A stretch of 64,000 nucleotides of DNA from an uncultured Pseudomonadota bacterium (GTDB taxonomy: Bacteria > Myxococcota_A > Polyangia > Fen-1088), in NCBI GenBank assembly GCA_963725905.1, contig CAVSAG010000002.1, forward strand, positions 79,755 through 143,754, written 5' to 3'. The notes beneath the pieces were generated by a model. That model had not been told where the DNA came from. It saw only the letters and a list, made by a program, of their open reading frames with translations, and searched no databases. How positions within the stretch are numbered: position 1 is the stretch's first letter; each line of letters begins with the position of its first letter. This document shows, one piece after another, positions 63,930 through 64,000 of the stretch. A program made the translations under genes and the position numbers.

Positions 63930-64000
63930 ATGGGTCAGAAAACACATCCGGTAGGCTTCCGCCTCGGCGTCGTTCGCGGCTGGAGCTCGAAGTGGTACTC
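63930..64000 (+). CDS. rpsC: 30S ribosomal protein S3, 5' part only
   Basis: ATG at 63930 gives MGQKTHPVGFRLGVVRGWSSKWY, the canonical S3 N-terminus. It runs off the window. Confidence 0.9.
   Translation, partial: MGQKTHPVGFRLGVVRGWSSKWY

Overview
Very GC-rich bacterial chromosomal segment; third codon positions are almost always G/C, so most long ORFs in the six-frame track are off-frame shadows. It is almost certainly Myxococcota: two MYXO-CTERM-type sorting tails, PEGA domains, a Hanks-type Ser/Thr kinase and an FHA-GGDEF protein.

Right half: the conserved transcription/translation core. Order is tRNA-Thr/Tyr/Gly/Thr - tuf (copy 1) - rpmG - tRNA-Trp - secE - nusG - rplK - rplA - rplJ - rplL - rpoB - rpoC. 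A ~4.2 kb non-ribosomal insert follows (OM beta-barrel, Cys-rich lipoprotein, ROK kinase, FN3 protein with a CF(I/V)ATAA C-terminal box). Then rpsL - rpsG - fusA - tuf (copy 2) - rpsJ - rplD - rplW - rplB - rpsS - rplV - rpsC (5' part).

Left half: housekeeping genes (CorC/HlyC-like, queC, pcnB, gshB-like, glnD, guaB, guaA, alaS, rluD-like, hpt) interleaved with envelope and signalling genes.

Main observations:
1. At least two dozen isolated 1-nt indels break otherwise well-conserved genes, including essential single-copy ones (rpoB, nusG, secE, rplA/J/L, guaA/B). They cluster at 38.9-43.6 kb and 22.7-23.6 kb. This is most simply a consensus-quality problem and must be resolved before any pseudogene or novelty claim.
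2. rplC (L3) is absent from its near-universal slot between rpsJ and rplD.
3. An accessory envelope-gene insert separates rpoC from rpsL.
4. Several small signalling or envelope modules are worth a look: FHA-GGDEF facing a PEGA kinase across a 326-nt spacer with a 22-bp perfect hairpin; a motif-degenerate PilT-like ATPase divergent from a double-receiver regulator; a translationally coupled secreted/PEGA trio; two adjacent MYXO-CTERM proteins.

I saw no CRISPR array, transposase, integrase, phage gene or recognisable defence system. I did not find a convincing novel multi-gene system, so the candidates below carry modest scores.
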